A DNA stretch of 64,000 nt from NCBI GenBank assembly GCA_004431415.1, contig QPMI01000131.1, positions 9,983 to 73,982 on the forward strand, read 5' to 3'. This DNA is from Cyanophora paradoxa CCMP329 (lineage: Eukaryota > Plantae > Glaucophyta). The stretch's first letter is position 1. Every line of letters starts with the position of its first letter. Positions 60,990 through 64,000 of this stretch are shown here, piece by piece. Position numbers and translations under genes: made by a program. Below the pieces are notes generated by a model. That model had not been told where the DNA came from. It was given only the letters and a program-made list of their open reading frames with translations, and made no database searches.

Positions 60990-63900
60990 CTAGCGACGGG
61001 GACCGCGCGGGCTGAGCCCGTACCTCTGCACGGCGGCGCGGGGCGTCGCGGGCGGCTGCGGGGCGCGCGGCGAGGGCGGCGGCGCGTGCCGCTGCTTGAG
61101 TGGCGGCGGCAGGACAGTGGGCGCGGATGAGAGGGGATTCTCGACGGGGGCGGAGACGACCCAGCCGGCCCGGCGCGGGGCGGGGCGGGCGCCGGCGCTG
61201 GGCGTGGGGGTGCGGCTCGAGAACTCGGGCAGCGCAGGGGAGGAGGCGTGGTGGGGCGGGGAGGCGGCGCGGGGCGAGGCGGCGCGCGGGGAGGCGCGCC
61301 CCGAGAAGCCGGAGGGCGAGGAGAGGAGCCGCGGCGAGTTCTCGTCCTCCCCCTGCCGCCGACGTGAGGCGAGGCCCTGCGGGGTGCGGCGGCGCCGTGC
61401 GGGAGAAGGAACGCACGGGCGGGGGAGAGGGGGAGCGCGGGAGCTCGTCGATGAGGCGGCGGGCGCGCTCGAGGTCCCGCTCCCGCTTCGCCGCCCCGCT
61501 CCACGGGGCCCGCCACCCCTGCGGGCAGGCGTCGTCCAGGGAAAGGATGCCGGGTGAAGAAGGAGAAGAAGCGGGCGCACCCGGGCGCGGAGGGCGGAGG
61601 TGCCGGCGGGGTCGGTGGAGGGCCGCCGCGGCTGCCCGAGGGCCTCCCCCGCGTCGCCCTGGCGCAGGGTCCCCAGCGGGTTCCCCGCCGTGTCGAAGAC
61701 GTGCACGAGCCGGTCGAACGAGGCCGTCACCACCGCCCCCGACGGCTCCCGCACCACCTGCGCCCCCCCGGCGCCCACGCCCCGTCAGAGGCGCCCGGAG
61801 GGCCGGGGCGGGGCGGGGCGGGGCGGGGCGGGGCGGGGCGGGCCTGGATGGAGCGGACACCCTCGGCGTGGGCCTTCCAGCTGCGCACCAGCGGCAGCTC
61901 CGCCTTCCCGCCGCCGAGCCCCGCCGCCCCGGCGGGCCCCGCGAGCCCCCGCGCCTGCCCCGCCCCCGGCCCCTCCGCCTCGCCCCCGGCCGCCCCGCCT
62001 CGGCGTCGGGCGCCTCGGCCCCGGGTCGCCGGCCTCGGCCGGGTCGGGCCGCCGAAAGGCCAGTAGCGCCTTCGCCAGGGTCCCCGCTGCGCCCGCTGAG
62101 TCGGCCCGGCCCGGTCCGGCTCGGCAAAGGGGGCGGGGCTGGCGGACGGACCGGTGCCTGCGAAGGAGGCGCGGCGGCTGCCGGAGGCTGCCTGCGCGGC
62201 GAGGCGGTCCTGCGCGTTCACCAGCACCGAGACGCGCTGCATGCGCGCCGTGCGGCCCGTCTCCGCCACCGCGTTCACCGCCGCCCGCACCCCCGCCGAC
62301 CGCGGCGGCGTGTACGGCGCCCCCGCGGGGGGCCGGCGCCCCGGCCCCCGCCTGCCCCGCCTCGGGCCCCGGGCGGCGGGCGAAGGAGGGGAGGACCAGG
62401 GCGCGGGGCGCGTCGGGGCGGGTGCCGGGCGGGGGCGGGGCGGCGGCGAGGGTCGCCGCGAGGAAAGAGTCGACGAACTCGAAGAGGCGGCGGAGGGACC
62501 AGACGCGGACCTGCCCCGCGTCGTCCCCCGTGTACAGCAGCGGGCCCGCCCCGCCCGCCCCCTGCTGCCCCGCCCCGTCGTCCAGCCTGCGCCACCGGGT
62601 CGGTCCGAAGGGCGGGGGGCGAGCGGAAGTGCGGGGGGCGGACGCGAGGGCGAGGACGGGGGAGGGAGCGCCGTCCGGGGCGGTGTTGCGGTGGGAGAGG
62701 AGGAGCTCGTGTCGGTTGGCGTAGGGGGCGGGGCGGGTGAGGTAGAAGTTGAGGAAGCCCTGGGAGCAGGCCGTGACGAGGAGGGGGCGGGGGTCGAGCA
62801 GGGCGATGGCGGTGACGTCGGCCTCGTGGCCGGGGGCGAGGCCCTCGAGGCGGGCCGAGCCGTAGTCCCACACCGCCACCGTCGAGTCGATCGAGCCCGA
62901 CGCGATCAGCCCTGCCCGCCCGCGCCCCGCGCCGCCTCAGCGGCTGTCCTCAGCATGCGGGCGGGGCGGGGGCGGGGCCGGGGACCGAGGGCGGGGGCGA
63001 GGGCGAGGCAGGAGACCTCGTTGGCGTGGGCGACGATGGTGCGGAGGAGGATGCCCCCCGTCAGGTTGCTGTCGTCGTGCACGTAGATCGTCGCGTCCCT
63101 TTCAGTTCCCGCCCGGTCGCGCCCCTCGTCAGACGGAGCTGAAAAGAAGCGGGCGCGGGGGGGCGGGGGGCACCGGGAGGCGGTGACGAGGGTGCGGTCG
63201 GCGGGGACGTGGGCGATGGCCGTCACGTCGGCGCGGTGCCGCTCGTAGAGCTTGACGAGGGCGCCCTGCACGGACGAGTGGCACGCCACGCGCCCCTTCG
63301 TGTCCCGATGTAGTAGCGCCGGCCCCGGGGCCCACCGTCATCGCCGTCACCTCCCCCTGCCGCGCGCGTCCCGTCTCGGCGAGTGCGGCGGGCGGCGGGG
63401 CGCGGGCCGGCGGGGCGCCTGGGGAACGATGTCGCGATCGACGCGGATGAGGCGGCCCGTCTCCGCGTCCTGCCCCCCCGTGAGTCCGGCGGGGCTGGGC
63501 GGGGAGGGCGGGGCGGGGCGGGGCGGGGCGGGGAGGGGCGCGCCCAGTGGCGGACGGAGCGGCCGGCGGCGGTGAGGATCTGCATGCGCTCGGGGGAGAA
63601 GTGGGCGGCGACGCAGGCGTGCGGGTCCGTCAGGGAGCGGTCCCCGGACTCGCCGTACTCCCACACCAGCAGCCGCTTGTCCGCCGCCACGATCCGCTTC
63701 ATCTCCTGCGCTCCGCCCCCGGCCTCTGCGTCAGGCGCGCGCCGCAGGAGGGCTGCGGGCGGGGGCGGGGGCCGGGCACGGGTATGACGCAGAAGGCGGT
63801 GACGTCTTGCGAACGCCCGAGGATCGAGGAGGCGGTCAGGGGGCCCCCGTGGCCCCGCTCCCCGCCCGCCCCGCCCTGCACAGCGCCGCCCGCCTCAGCG

Positions 63901-64000
63901 CCGGGGGCGGGGTATGGGATAGGACGGGAGGGGCGGGGCCGGGGGCGGACCTGCGTGAGGGTCTGGAAGAGGGAGCTGGGCCCCTGCATGGCGGCCAGGG
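60990..64000 (-). CDS. WD40-repeat protein, 3' part (start is beyond the window)
   Basis: WD motifs HRADVTAI...LVTASR, AHANEVSCL...LIASGSIDSTVAVWD, GHEADVTAI, LYTGDDAGQVRVWS and WKAHAEGVRSI...VTASFDRLVHVFD. Confidence 0.8.

Noticed and set aside
45000-64000. Numerous long Arg/Pro/Gly/Ala-rich ORFs on both strands
   Set aside because: Artefacts of extreme GC content and stop-codon scarcity; the real coding signal lies in short spliced exons.
1-64000. tRNA or rRNA genes
   Set aside because: None recognised by eye; a covariance-model scan would be needed to exclude them.

Overview
Eukaryotic genomic window with three parts. (1) 1-13317 is an AT-rich (roughly 35-40% GC by eye), intron-less, gene-dense block that looks like one end of a large linear DNA virus (Nucleocytoviricota-like, but no hallmark gene is in the window). 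It encodes a patatin-discoidin fusion, a ~8 kb modular fibre gene, two paralogous 281-aa genes, a small zinc-ribbon protein and a prokaryote-type AdoMet decarboxylase. These are followed by iteron-like palindromes, a tandem array, a very AT-rich tract and a fold-back hairpin: a 28-bp perfect stem, a zipper of five tandem GA/GA mismatches and a GCGAAGC cap. The hairpin is fused directly to GC-rich host DNA and is the strongest candidate for something new: a putative covalently closed viral telomere captured at an integration junction. (2) 13318-~28000 is transposon-rich: a 3'-truncated APE-RT non-LTR retrotransposon with a long hydrophobic, repeat-containing upstream ORF, and a DIRS-type RT/RNase H fragment. 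(3) ~28000-64000 is very GC-rich host DNA with many short introns, often GC-AG. It holds three F-box/LRR-like paralogs, a near-perfect 1485-bp triplication, a TmcB/TmcC-like membrane protein, an unknown gene, an LRRC57-like gene and a partial WD40 gene. Many frameshifts fall in homopolymers and are probably long-read consensus errors. Host gene boundaries are approximate manual models.
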